The notes beneath the pieces are model-generated. The model saw only the letters and a program-made list of their open reading frames with translations, searched no databases and was not told where the DNA came from. From Callorhinchus milii (Eukaryota), in assembly GCF_018977255.1 (NCBI RefSeq), contig NW_024704742.1:131380001-131444000 (forward strand): DNA of 64,000 nt, given 5' to 3'. Position numbers and translations under genes: made by a program. Positions 26,735 to 38,187 of the stretch are shown piece after piece; the stretch's first letter is position 1; every line of letters starts with the position of its first letter.

Positions 26735-27107
26735 CTAATAATAATCCTTGCATTCAATATAGAACCTTATCAAACAGCTGAGACACCTCAAAGCGCTTCA
26801 CATGATCTTACTGTAAATTGTAGTGATTGTGTAGGCGATTGTGTAGGCAAAAACGGCAGCCAGTTTAGTTTGCGTGCAGCAAAGTCCCACAAACAGCTAT
26901 GTCACTGGGAGAAACTGCCTTTGCAGACAGGACCTCAGTTTAATATCCCATCTGAAGGACGACACCTCCAACAAGGCAGTTCTCCCCCCTAGTACTGCAC
27001 TGGAGTGTCAGCCTAGACTGTGAGTTCCAAAAATTCCGATGTGGGACTTGAACTCACAATCTTCTGACTCGGAGGTGTAAGGGCTACCAACTGAGCCAGG
27101 ATGACAC
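26735..27107 (-). mobile_element. SINE family B
   Basis: Head CTTCTGACTCGGAGG...CTGAGCCAGGATGACAC, core and tail. Confidence 0.8.
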
Positions 27108-27479
27108 CCAGCCCATACCCTTCACAATACGGTGAATCAGCCTAGATACAACGCAAAATAAACTCCATCAAATCCTAAGCAAAATATGATGACTAAACCA
27201 CACTACTACAAACAGTACAGCAGAGTAAGATGAAGCTTGAAGCTTTGTTATTAGCACTGTCTGTTCCTGAATAAAGAAAAATATTTGAATCTCAGCAGCA
27301 TCCCACATGGGGTTATAAAGAATGGCTCCAAGGATGGTCTTGTGATGTGCTGATATCTGCTGATCTTGAAACCAAATCCCCACAAACAGCAAATTTGCAA
27401 CAGTAAACTAAAAAGATGACAGCTTAATGATATCCTTTTTTTTTCTTTGGAATAATGAATTCTTCCTCCCCTCCCTCTC

Positions 27480-27975
27480 CCAATGCCTTTATTGCTCGGA
27501 ATAGTTTTTTCCCCCCCGGTACAGCGTCAGCGAGCTGAGTTGACAACTGGTATTTAAAATAAATCTGAGGTGAGAGGGGGGGGGGAGGAAGGGAGAGAAA
27601 GGAGAGGTGAGGAGAAGGAAGGGGGGAGAAAAATAAGGAGCTTGCGAAAAAAATTCCAGCTGTTAAGCAGCTTTGCACAGCTCCGCTCCTCTCCTCTCCC
27701 CTCCAATCTCATCACATTATTCATCATAATCATAAAACATTCATATGCACATTTGACCAATTCGAAGGCCCTCCTGGGAGACTTCGCAGGGGCTGTGAGG
27801 TTAGAATAAATGGAAATGGCAGGTGTTTAAATTGTGCAACGTGCCACTGGCGAGGCGATGATTTGCACAATAAGCAAACTGAGTGACAATGATACCGTGC
27901 TCACACCTAAAGTCGAGCAGTTAAACGGGGGAATTAGCATTTTATCACCTCGGCAACCCGGAGAGATGCAAACAA
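27480..27975. promoter_or_regulatory. Candidate conserved non-coding regulatory element
   Basis: Repeat-free, retains CpGs at 27840-27960, contains ACAAT (Sox-like) and ATTAGCAT (octamer-like) words; conservation not verifiable here. Confidence 0.4.
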
Positions 27976-28509
27976 TGTGTGCAGGGGGAGGGGGGACTGG
28001 GCTGCTGGTGGTGACGGTGGGAGGGAGGAAGAGGGAGAAAGATACAGGAAGGGAAACAAGCAAAGAACAGCATTAAAGATGGATTAGGAAACTCAGAAGA
28101 CAGGGCAGGACAATCAATAGAATAGGTACAATTATTGCGTTTCGGCCACAAAGTACGCAGTCAATTCACTTTACAATATAGTCTGCGAAGCACTTTGAGA
28201 CATCTCAACAATATATCAAATGCAATGATTATTATTATTACTACTATTATTAAGCGCTCCGAGACGTTGACTGGGGTGAAAGGTGCTATATAAATGCAAG
28301 TTGTTGTCTATAAGATTTTTAAATGGGATTGAGAAAATAAACCCAGAACAATATTTTTGGATGCACCGAGACAGCAGAACAAGAGGACACGTGGTTGGAG
28401 TTGAGGAGGGCAATTTCAGGTCAGACACCAAGAAGTATTTCTTTACCCAGAAGATAATTAACAACAGGTAGCAAGATGCTGGGCTTGTACTTTTTAAAAA
28501 AGACATTTT

Positions 28510-29011
28510 AATAATAATATTCCTTGCATTTGATATAACCCCTTATCACATCATCAAAACAACTCAAAGTACTTCCCAGGATTTTATTGTAAAGTGTAGT
28601 GATTGTGTATTTGTAAGCAAAGGGGCGGCAGCCAATTTGTGCACAGCAGTGTTCCGCAAATAGCCATGAACTGAATGACCGATTTTAGCTGGGGGGGATT
28701 GTTGGCCAGGACTCAATGAGAAACTCCCTTCTCTTTTTGAATAGTGCTGCAGGATCTTTAACATCCATCCGTGCTCTGGGACTCTTCCCTGCGTGAAGGG
28801 CACTATATAAATGCAAGTTTGTTTGTTGGTATATCCGAACAGGAAGACAGGACCTTGAATTAACACCTCATCCCAAGGAAGGTAAATACGATAATATAAT
28901 GCACCCCCAGCACTGCATTGGAGAGTCAGCCTGGAGCTCAAAGTCCTGCCATACCTACTACGATCCTTCTGACTCAGAGGAGAGAGTGCTACCGACTGAG
29001 CCAGGCTGACA
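28510..29011 (-). mobile_element. SINE family B, full length, interrupted by a short plus-strand L2 tail (about 28770-28830)
   Basis: Head CTTCTGACTCAGAGG...GAGCCAGGCTGACA; insert CTGCGTGAAGGGCACTATATAAATGCAAGTTTG. Confidence 0.85.
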
Positions 29012-29989
29012 TTTGATTGTGTACTCCCGGATAAGATTAGTAAATTACTCAGGGACACTGGCAATTCAAACGGAATATGAATCGAGCTTAAGGGTAATCA
29101 CGGAAATAACCTCTAATCAAATATTTGATGAGATTCTCCTAGATTTCTGGCTCAAATCATGGGTAATCTAATGGGGTCTTACAAAGCAAAGAACAGCCCG
29201 CTCGTCATTTTTGAAAGGAAAGAGACAGAGGGACAGTGGAAAAGAATTGAAGACGAGATTGATATGCAACACTCAGGCTCAAACACACACACACAAGTTG
29301 TAGAAATGCCTATAAATAATGCAAAACCAGCCAACTGTGAAAATATCCCGATTTGGCACATTTTCTGAAGGAAACTTGAAGCCTCCTATTTCTAGAGTAT
29401 AGTATGCCACTGTCTTCCTTACCTCCCCCTCCCTCCTTTTAAAATCAGAAAGATGCAGAAATCATTGCCAAAAGCTTGAAGCTTGATCTTCTTTGCTGCA
29501 GATCTTAAAAAGACTTCAGCTGAAAGATGCAATGTAACATATAGAATAATAGATATGTGGGCTGGATTCACAAGGCTGTAATCCAATCAACTAGATGATC
29601 CTATAATCTCCTAAAGCAATGCTCGGAGTTTACGAAAATGCCATCTGAACCTCCAGATTGGAATATCATAGCCCGTCATTCCCTCCCACGCGATTCTTTG
29701 ATGTTTTTTTTCCGTATATGCTTTCAACAATTAAAAAAAAATGTTTCTTTCCACTCTTATGCCTCATGCAAATCCAGGTTAGCAAAGCTCTCGCCTTTTC
29801 ACGGTTTCAATCTTTGTCCTTCTTGGGCTATTGTCATTCTTGACTCACCGGCTCCTCTGATCACAAGTGAAACGCTCACATCTCCTGTGCTGCTAACTCT
29901 GTCTCCCTCCAACAAGTTCTTTGGGGTTTGAATATGACACATGTTTATTTTTCCTACCAAAACAACTCTTAAGTCCCCACAAATCCAAG

Positions 29990-30670
29990 ACCTGAATCGT
30001 AGTTTAGTGATCATCACTCTCGCCTTGCAAGTGAGAGGACCCGGATCGATTCCAGGCTAGGACGAACCCTTAGGCAACTTTCTTTACACCACACGCCTTG
30101 TTTACCTAGCAGTCAGTAGGAACCCCATCGTTAAGTCGATTGGATTGCTTTCTGGGGATAATAATCCCTTAAAAAAATAAGAATAATAATTTTGGCTCTC
30201 AATCCATGAGAGTTTATTTTTCCTCCTAAAACAACTCTAAACTCCCCACAAACCCAAGTGAATGGAAACTACGTGGTTAGCATGCTCACCTCGCAAGCGA
30301 GAGGACCCGGGTTTGATTCCTGCCCGTGGGGAAATCTTCGGCAAGATTTCCTTACTCCACACGCCGCTGTTTACCTAGCAGTAAGTAAGCAGCCGGTTGT
30401 TAAACGATTGGTAGACTGTTTTCCGGGGATATTAATCCCTCCCCCAAAAAATCCACGACTGTTGGCACAACACTGTCTCTACTCTGAACTTTTATTTCAT
30501 CAACACTACAATGGTTATTGCTCCTTAGAGGGAAGAAAGTCCACCTTGGGCTAGTTTTTTTTTACATATTTCAATTGGCTGCCGCGTTTCGGCCTCAAAA
30601 TATACAGTCAATTCATTTTACAATATATTCCCCGATAAGGCGCTATTTCAAGTATAAGATTATTTATTAC
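29990..30670 (+). mobile_element. Two tandem family A SINEs (first 3'-truncated, second interrupted)
   Basis: Heads at about 29990-30065 and 30260-30335; tail at about 30640-30670. Confidence 0.8.
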
Positions 30671-31669
30671 CACGCTGGGGAATCACTTCTATTTTTGCTC
30701 CTAGATTGGTTACAGCACAGTACAATGTGATATACTTTGATACAATGCTTTTCATGTTGGGAAGACGTCTGAAAGCGCTTGACAGTGCTAGATTGGCACC
30801 CGAGCTGGTGGTGCGAGCAAATGGGGTGGGGGTTGAGTGGGTTGGAGAGCGGAAAAATGACAGAAAGAGTGGTCAAAGATATATGTTTTGAGATATGCCT
30901 TGAAGTAAAGGGAGAAGCTGGTAGATAGATGATCTCTCTCACTCTCCTCGATCCTCTGCTCAGTCCAGCACTGTATATCTTCTCTGAACTCTTATTTCAT
31001 CAACACTACAATGGTTATGGCTCCTCAGGGGGAATAAATTCTACCTGGGCCTAGACTTGGGAGTTTTTTTTTACATATTTCAAAGTGTACAAAAATTCCT
31101 ACACCTTCAAATAAATCCGGACTGAATTTTAAGAAATTCTTAAATTTTGCACATTTTGAAATGCTAAGAAAATTCTGAATTGTACGTCTTGGCACAGATG
31201 CAACCTCAGGTTTAACTTCTCATCCAAAGGACGGCACTCACAATGCTGCACACCTCAAAACTGCAATGGTGGGTCAACTTGGAGCTTGAACCCACAACCT
31301 TCTGACTCAGAGGGGAGAGTGCTACCGACTGAACCAGGCTGAGGGCTATACGAGCAACCTACTGGATTGAAAGTCAGACAAGGAACTTGCTGTAATACTT
31401 AAAGTCAAAGGCTGAAGGCAGCATTGTGCAAGTGAGGTTGTTTCTAGAAAAGTCAGGGCCAACAGCCTATACTTTATAACTCCCAACACTGTACTCACTA
31501 TTTATTTCACTGCATCTGTGCAGAAGGATTTTTTAAAAAANGGAAGTGTCCCCAGATTGCAGCCTGTGTTTTGCAGGACCAGAGGGAAATAATTGCTCAC
31601 TGACATTACTCACTGAAGCCTGTTACACACCGATATCAATCAACAGATAGTGGCGAAAGCTGGTTTTGG

Positions 31670-32087
31670 AAGAATCCTTACATTTGATATAGTGCCTTAT
31701 CATGTTATTGAGATGTCCAAAGTGCGTCGCAGGATTTATTGTAAAGCGCAGCAAATTTATGCACAGTGCAGCAATCTCCCACAAACAGCCATGAAGTGAA
31801 TGACTAAGTTTACTTGGGGGATCGTTGGCCAAAACACCGGGAGAAACTCCCTTCTCTTTTCGAATAGTTTCACAGGATCTTTAATGTCCTCTTGAACAGA
31901 TGGATGTGACTTCAGTTTAACATCTCACCGGAAGGACGGCACCTCCGATAATTCAACAACCCCCCAACACTGCAATGGAGCACTCCGTCAGCCAAGACCA
32001 AGGGAGTTCAAAGTCCCAACGTGAGGCTTGAAACTACAACCTTCTGACTCAGAAGCAACAGTGGTACCAATTAGGTCAGGTTGACGC
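31670..32087 (-). mobile_element. SINE family B, full length
   Basis: Tail, core GAAGGACGGCACCTCCGA and head CTTCTGACTCAGAAGC. Confidence 0.85.
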
Positions 32088-33049
32088 CTCTACAAGTTCC
32101 ACTCTGAGTCATCTCTTTTCAAGGCCGAAAAACTCTTAACTCGTTCCATACAGCTCACCCCTCTAACACTAGAGGATCGTTCTCATGGGTCTCCTGCGCA
32201 GAGCCTCTAATGATTTGGCAGGTCACTTAGGTACACAGCAGGAGCTAACAGCGCCAGATTTTATCCAAACTGCTGATGTTCGATGTTTTGGGGTGTAAAT
32301 CCCTAAAGCCACGCTTTGTTCACTGTCAAAACGTACATCAGGTTCCCTGTTCCAGGAGAATTTTCTTTGGCCATTGGCTATTTCACGTAATGACTGAAAT
32401 GTTCCCCTCTTTGTGAATCCACGTCTACAAAGTAAAATGTTTCCATGTTTTATTAATGCAGGATACAATAATAATAATAATGTAACAATCCTTGAATTTG
32501 ATATAGTGCCTTATAATGTCGTTGAGACGTCTCAAAGGCGCTTCACAGAATATACCGTAAAGTGAATCGACTGTATATTTTGTGGGCGAACAAAATACAG
32601 GAGACAATTGGAGTTATTAATCTTTTTAAATAAAAAAAAGCTACACATCAACATGTACAGCAGGGACCATGCCCCGATTGTGCCCGATAAATGAATGATT
32701 TTCCCCTCTAACCCGACGCTGCATTTCTGCAGAACCTGTGCATTTTCTGAAAGCAGATGCTGCCTCAGCAGATCAGAATGGTGGTGGCCCTACAATGACA
32801 GATGCTTAAGAAATTACGAGTGAAATCTGCTGAGTCAAGGCCCAAATTATTTACGAACTCTCAAGTGTGCCTGGTGTCACAATCATCGTTCCATCGCTCA
32901 AGGTCACTCTCTAAGCCATATGCCTGTTGGGCTCATGTTGCCCATACTGGGGACCAGCGTTTGAACAATGTCCCTTTCCACTGATTCAAGCCACTAGGCT
33001 GGCAGGTTCCCTGAAAGGCTTTTTATCTCACATGAACAGCTATTGGGCT

Positions 33050-33597
33050 TCGGCTCATGATGTATTGGTTAGAGCACTCGCCTCATAAACAAGAGGATTC
33101 CGAGGCAGGGCAAAATGTTAGGCATGTTTCCTTACTCCACACGGCTCTGTTTACCTAGCAGTAAGTAGGAACTCCGTTGTTAGTGGATTGGCGGATCACT
33201 TTTCCTGGGGTAATAATCTCTTCAAAAAGATATAATGATAATAATTTGGTCACTCAATCCACAACTTTTTGTGAGACACTGCTGTGCGCAATTGGCTGCC
33301 GCGTTTTGCCCACAAAACATACAGTCAATTCACTTTACGGTATATTCTGTGAAGCTCTCTGGGACGTCTCAACAATGTAATAAGGTACTATATCAACTGC
33401 AAGGATTATTATTAATAGTAGTATTTAGATTGACTATTAGATAGATCAGTGCTTACCAGATACTAACTATATTTTCTAACCTTGCACTTGTAGTTGCAAG
33501 TCAATTCACTTTACGGTATATTCGGTGAAGCTCTTTGGGACTTCTTAAAGATTTGATCAGATGCTATATCAAATGCAGGGATTAGTATCATTATAAT
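33050..33597 (+). mobile_element. SINE family A with two tails around an inserted segment
   Basis: Head at about 33065; AGTCAATTCACTTTACGGTATATTC occurs at 33323 and again at 33499. Confidence 0.85.
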
Positions 33598-35019
33598 AAG
33601 AACACATTGGCCAGTTCTCCTAAAGTTACAAAAAAAAGTTAAAATATTCGTCATTTATCATCGGATGGCAGTAAATTAACTAGCGAGTTGGATAATCTCT
33701 TTCCCACATATTTGTTACTTTACTTGCTGGAAGATTTGTAGTTTCTTTGAGAGAAAGTGAGAGACATTTTGTGCCCATTCAAAGCTGAAGACAGGTTGCC
33801 AGGAAAGTTGGTAGAGGCCAGGACACCGGACTCGTTTTATATAAAGCAGTTTTATGCCGTGAGGGATGGACGGTAGGGTAGGTATTCTGGAGGGATGAGA
33901 TTGTATGGGTCGAAGGGCCTTTTTCACCTGAGCCAATCTTGTGATCTGATCTTGTGAAATGTCAGAACTAGGAAAAATTGGAACACTTTTCTGCTTTTCT
34001 TTTTGGTCAGCCGGTGTCTGACACATGCAGAAACTCATCACCGTGCTTAAGAGTATCCATAGCAGACTGCGAGTTCCGTGCATCCCACCTGCACGTGGAA
34101 ATTCCCGTGACCGGAATGGAATACGTACTCTCTCCCTAAAGGTTCTTCTCTACTTTGGATACCCTGTTATGGGCATAAAGTGCTTTGAGTGCATTTAGAA
34201 CTGAACAAATTTTGGAAGATACAAGTGTGATTCAAAAATCAAATTGTTTTTAAGAACTATGCCAAACTGAATACCAAATAAAGAATGTAAGGATTATCCA
34301 AAAAATGCACCTGATTCTTAAATGTCCGTTCTCGGAAGACATGTTAACCCAAAACTTCGCCCAAAGTTCAGGTGGACGTTAAGGATCCTATGGCACTGAT
34401 GTTGAAATATGAAGGGAGTTTTCTCCCTTGCTCTGAACAACAATCCCCCCGGATAAAAAATTGATCATTCACTTGATGGCTGCTTGTGCGCAAATTGACT
34501 GTCAAAAGGTCACCAACAAAATCACACAATTGTTCCACTTTACAGTAAAATCCTGTGAAACGTTTGGAGACATCCTCCTGACATGTAAACTGCTGTATCG
34601 ACTGCAAGGCTCATTATTACGATGATGGTCTTAAGGCTAAAACCACAAGAAATTTAAGGCCTGTGAATCATGTACTATTACACAGATGGGCGCACTTTTC
34701 AAAGCGTTTGCCAAACAGCCTTTTGTCTTTTAAAGTTTGCAATTACCATTAATTGGTTGTGTCCGTGTAACATCATCAGATGTTAATATTAATATGCCGG
34801 AAGCTTGTGAAGCTAAAGAGACAGCAAAGAAAAATTCAAGAAATGTATTAATAGTCCCGTATATCATTCATAGCTATAATAAAGCATCGTGCTTATCAAA
34901 AAAGGCGATTCTCCAGCCAAATTGAGACACTGCAAAAACAGATAGCAATACCATTAATATTTGCTGCATGCTTTTACACAGAAAAGCCGGGTAAAGCTAG
35001 TGAGCTGAACATGCCTTGC

Positions 35020-35390
35020 AACACTAACTTGTATTTACAAAGCGTCTTTCATGTAGGATAAGGTCTAGGAGAGTTTCACGGTGGTGGGAACGGACACTGA
35101 GTAAAGGAGAAGGGCGAGGTGACCGTTGGCAGGATCAAAGTGGTAAGTTTTTATACAGGAGTGAAAGACAGATGGAGAAGGGGGGGAAGCGGATGAAATG
35201 GAGGGGATGAGGGTTGGCATTCTAGAGACTAGGGGCATAGTAGTTGAAGGCTCAGGCACTGATGGTGGTGTGGAGGGGGGCAGAGGAACAAGGCTTGATT
35301 AGAAGGGTGAGCCAAGGAGTGGGGTAAGAAGAGGTCACAGAGATAGGGAGATGCTGATTTGTGAAGGAATTATAGGTGAGTATGAGGACC
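35020..35390 (-). mobile_element. L2 LINE 3' fragment, old
   Basis: ACTTGTATTTACAAAGCG tail (reverse) and purine-rich L2 body. Confidence 0.6.
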
Positions 35391-36289
35391 TCCTGACTGC
35401 CCCCACCCTCCACTATAGGATGAAGCCATTCACCCCATCGAACTACCTCCACCAGTTTATTAGATCTTGCTGGATGTTTTAATCCCCCAAAGTCCTGGCC
35501 TTTCACAGTACCACTTTATAATCTGTACCACAACAACAACTTGCATTTATATAGCGCCATTCAAGTGGGGTAGCATCTCGGAGAACTTAACAATCCAAAC
35601 GTCAACCCATCCTGTACAATCCAAATGTCCATCAATCTCCTTTAAACTTCCCATCCCTGAATAACATTTCCTTTAGGACATAAGGAATTTGCTTCCTGAT
35701 TTCCAATCTGGCAGTGAATCAGAGAAACATTGTAATGGTGCATCAGCGTGGTTTGAGGGATATCACTCTACTGGATGCCTCTCACACACTCACCGTGTGT
35801 TAGGAAGCACTTTTAGAGTCCACTCTACTCCTCCTAGTGTTTTCATGGGGATCATGGGAGCAGAGCGTTAGAAGAACAAAACATTCCCTTACAGATGGTT
35901 ATTCAGGTCAGTAAGCAGCTTTAAAAGGACACTTAGCTTTTTTTTAAAACCAGCAAAAATGTATAGTTTCAAATGAATTAACCGCTTACGCCCACTGGTC
36001 TGAAATATTGAAATTTACTGTAACAGTAAAATAATACTGTATTCCTTGCATTTGAATATAGAGCCTTATTGCATCTTCGAAACGTCTCAAAGTACATCAC
36101 GGGATTTACTGTAAAGCTTAGTGACTGGGTATTTTGTCGACGATCGCGGCAGCGAATTTGCATACAACAAATAATCAGACTAAGTTTGGAAAAGTACTGA
36201 GTGGAGCAACTACAAGTGCAAGGTTAGAAAATATAGTTAGAATCTGGTAAGCACTGATCTATCTAATAGTCAGTCTAAATACTACTATT

Positions 36290-36456
36290 AATAATAATCC
36301 TTGCAGTTGATATAGTACCTTATTACATTGTTGAGACGTCTCAAAGAGCTTCACAGAATATACCGTAAAGTGAATTGACTCTGCAATTTGTGGGCGAATC
36401 ACGGCAGCCAATTGCGCACAGCAATGTCCCACAAACAGTTGTGGATTGAGTAACCG
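36290..36456 (-). mobile_element. SINE family A 3' half
   Basis: Tail through CAGTTGTGGATTGAG. Confidence 0.85.
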
Positions 36457-37574
36457 TTTTTTTCCACATATGTTTATGGTACTAAAAGAGATATGGACAG
36501 CCAATGAATGGACTGACGGATTGACAAAATCAATCTTCTCTTGCGGGGATCTGGAGAACGTTCTTTACCTCCCTCGGGGAAATAACAATTAGAGATTTTC
36601 CAACCACAAGCTATAAATATATGATTATTAATAGTTATTTACTTAATAGAAATAGCCTGCTCCCTCACCCTCAAAGACCGTGGCTTAGTTCATGCAAGTG
36701 TGACCTTGGGAAGCTATGTGTTTGAATTTGATATCTTAATTATTTTTCAATAGTTTTGCCATTAAAGGAGACCTTTTTGCTCGGGTTCAGTCATCGGCAA
36801 TAATAATTTGTGTCATTTCTTAAAAGTGTTCCTTAATAGGAAATGCAAGTTGGTCAAAATGTAATTCGAAGCATCTCACTCCGAATCCGTGGGAAGTTTG
36901 CTCTACATCCAGAGTGGGATTCCTTATTAAGGAATCTGGTTAAGAAATATTTCAATCTAGACATTGGAATGACACAATGAAATTATATTTTTCTTTCCTT
37001 TACCAGGAATCACAGTATTTTCTGTTCCCTGCGTTCTTGGAAGATATCCAGGTGAGGCAAATCCTTTGTCAGTTCCTCTCCAACCTGCTTAAGTAAAGCC
37101 TCAATTTGTCTACTTTTCAGGCACAAGTGCATGAACTTTGCCTTGTCAGCAGATTGAGGACTTGTAAGTCAGACTTTTTTTAAAAAAACTAACCAATTTT
37201 GATCAAAGCTATCCTTTCAATTTATTTCTAGATGTTTTTGGATGAAAGACTTCTCGATACATCTCCTTCTTCATATTGTTGCAGTGAGCTAGACACACTT
37301 TTAACGTTAAAGGGCTCCAGCTCACTTGACGTGGGGCCAGAATCCCACAACCTTCAGACTCAGAGGCGAAAGTGCTACCAAATGAGCCAGGCTGACACCA
37401 AGGATATCTTTACAATGGAGCAAACCACAGTAAAAAAGAAAAATACTTTCAGCGATCAGCGTAACAACTATCGTCCCAAATTAGACAGTGGAGAAACAGC
37501 GGTAAGAGAGAGAGATAAAGAGAGAGAGAAAAAGAGAAAATGAGAGAGAAAGAGAGAAAAAGGCCACAATGAAC

Positions 37575-37765
37575 AGAAAATGCTAGCAATGAGCAGCAAA
37601 TCAGACAGCATGCAAAAGAAATGACCGGGGCGATGTATCGGATATGGTAAGTGTTCGAAACGCATAAATCAAGAGTTGCAATGAGGAAGTCACACCTGAA
37701 AATGTCAACCTATTTTTCTCCTTCTGGTGCTGATCAACACATAAAATCTCCAGTTCCTTTGGATT
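37575..37765. mobile_element. Old Penelope-like terminal repeat remnant
   Basis: AACAGAAAATGCTAGCAATGAGCAGCAAATCAGACAGCAT and GGAAGTCACACCTGAAAATGTCAAC resemble 41690-41770. Confidence 0.45.
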
Positions 37766-37844
37766 TATTTGATTTCACGATTTTTATCAGTATTGACCAA
37801 CAGAGTGACATTATTTTATGTCAGCACTGAAACCCTCGCCATGT

Positions 37845-38187
37845 GGAGTCCTGTAGCGAGGCGATTAGCTTGCTCACCTCGCAAGCATGAGGACCCGGGT
37901 TTGATTCCCAGGTGGGCCAAAACCTGAGGCAAGTTCCTGTACTCCAAACAGCTCTGTTTACCCAGCAGTTAGTAGAAACCCTGTTAGGCGATTGGTGGAT
38001 CACTTTCTGGGGGTAACAATTCCTCAAAAAAAAATTTTGTCGTTCAATCCATCACTGTTTGTGAAACACTGCTGTGCGCTGCTGTATTTTTCGGTCATAA
38101 AATACAGTCAATCCACTTTACAATATATTCTGTATAATGACATGATAAGGCACTATTTCAAATCCAAGGATTATTATGATTATTATT
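37845..38187 (+). mobile_element. SINE family A, near full length
   Basis: GGAGTCCTGTAGC head, B box GGTTTGATTCC, body and tail. Confidence 0.85.

Noticed and set aside
32700..32810. Possible terminal exon after CTAAC...TTTCTGCAG (EPVHFLKADAASADQNGGGPTMTDA*)
   Set aside because: Unrecognised peptide, no upstream exon and no other support
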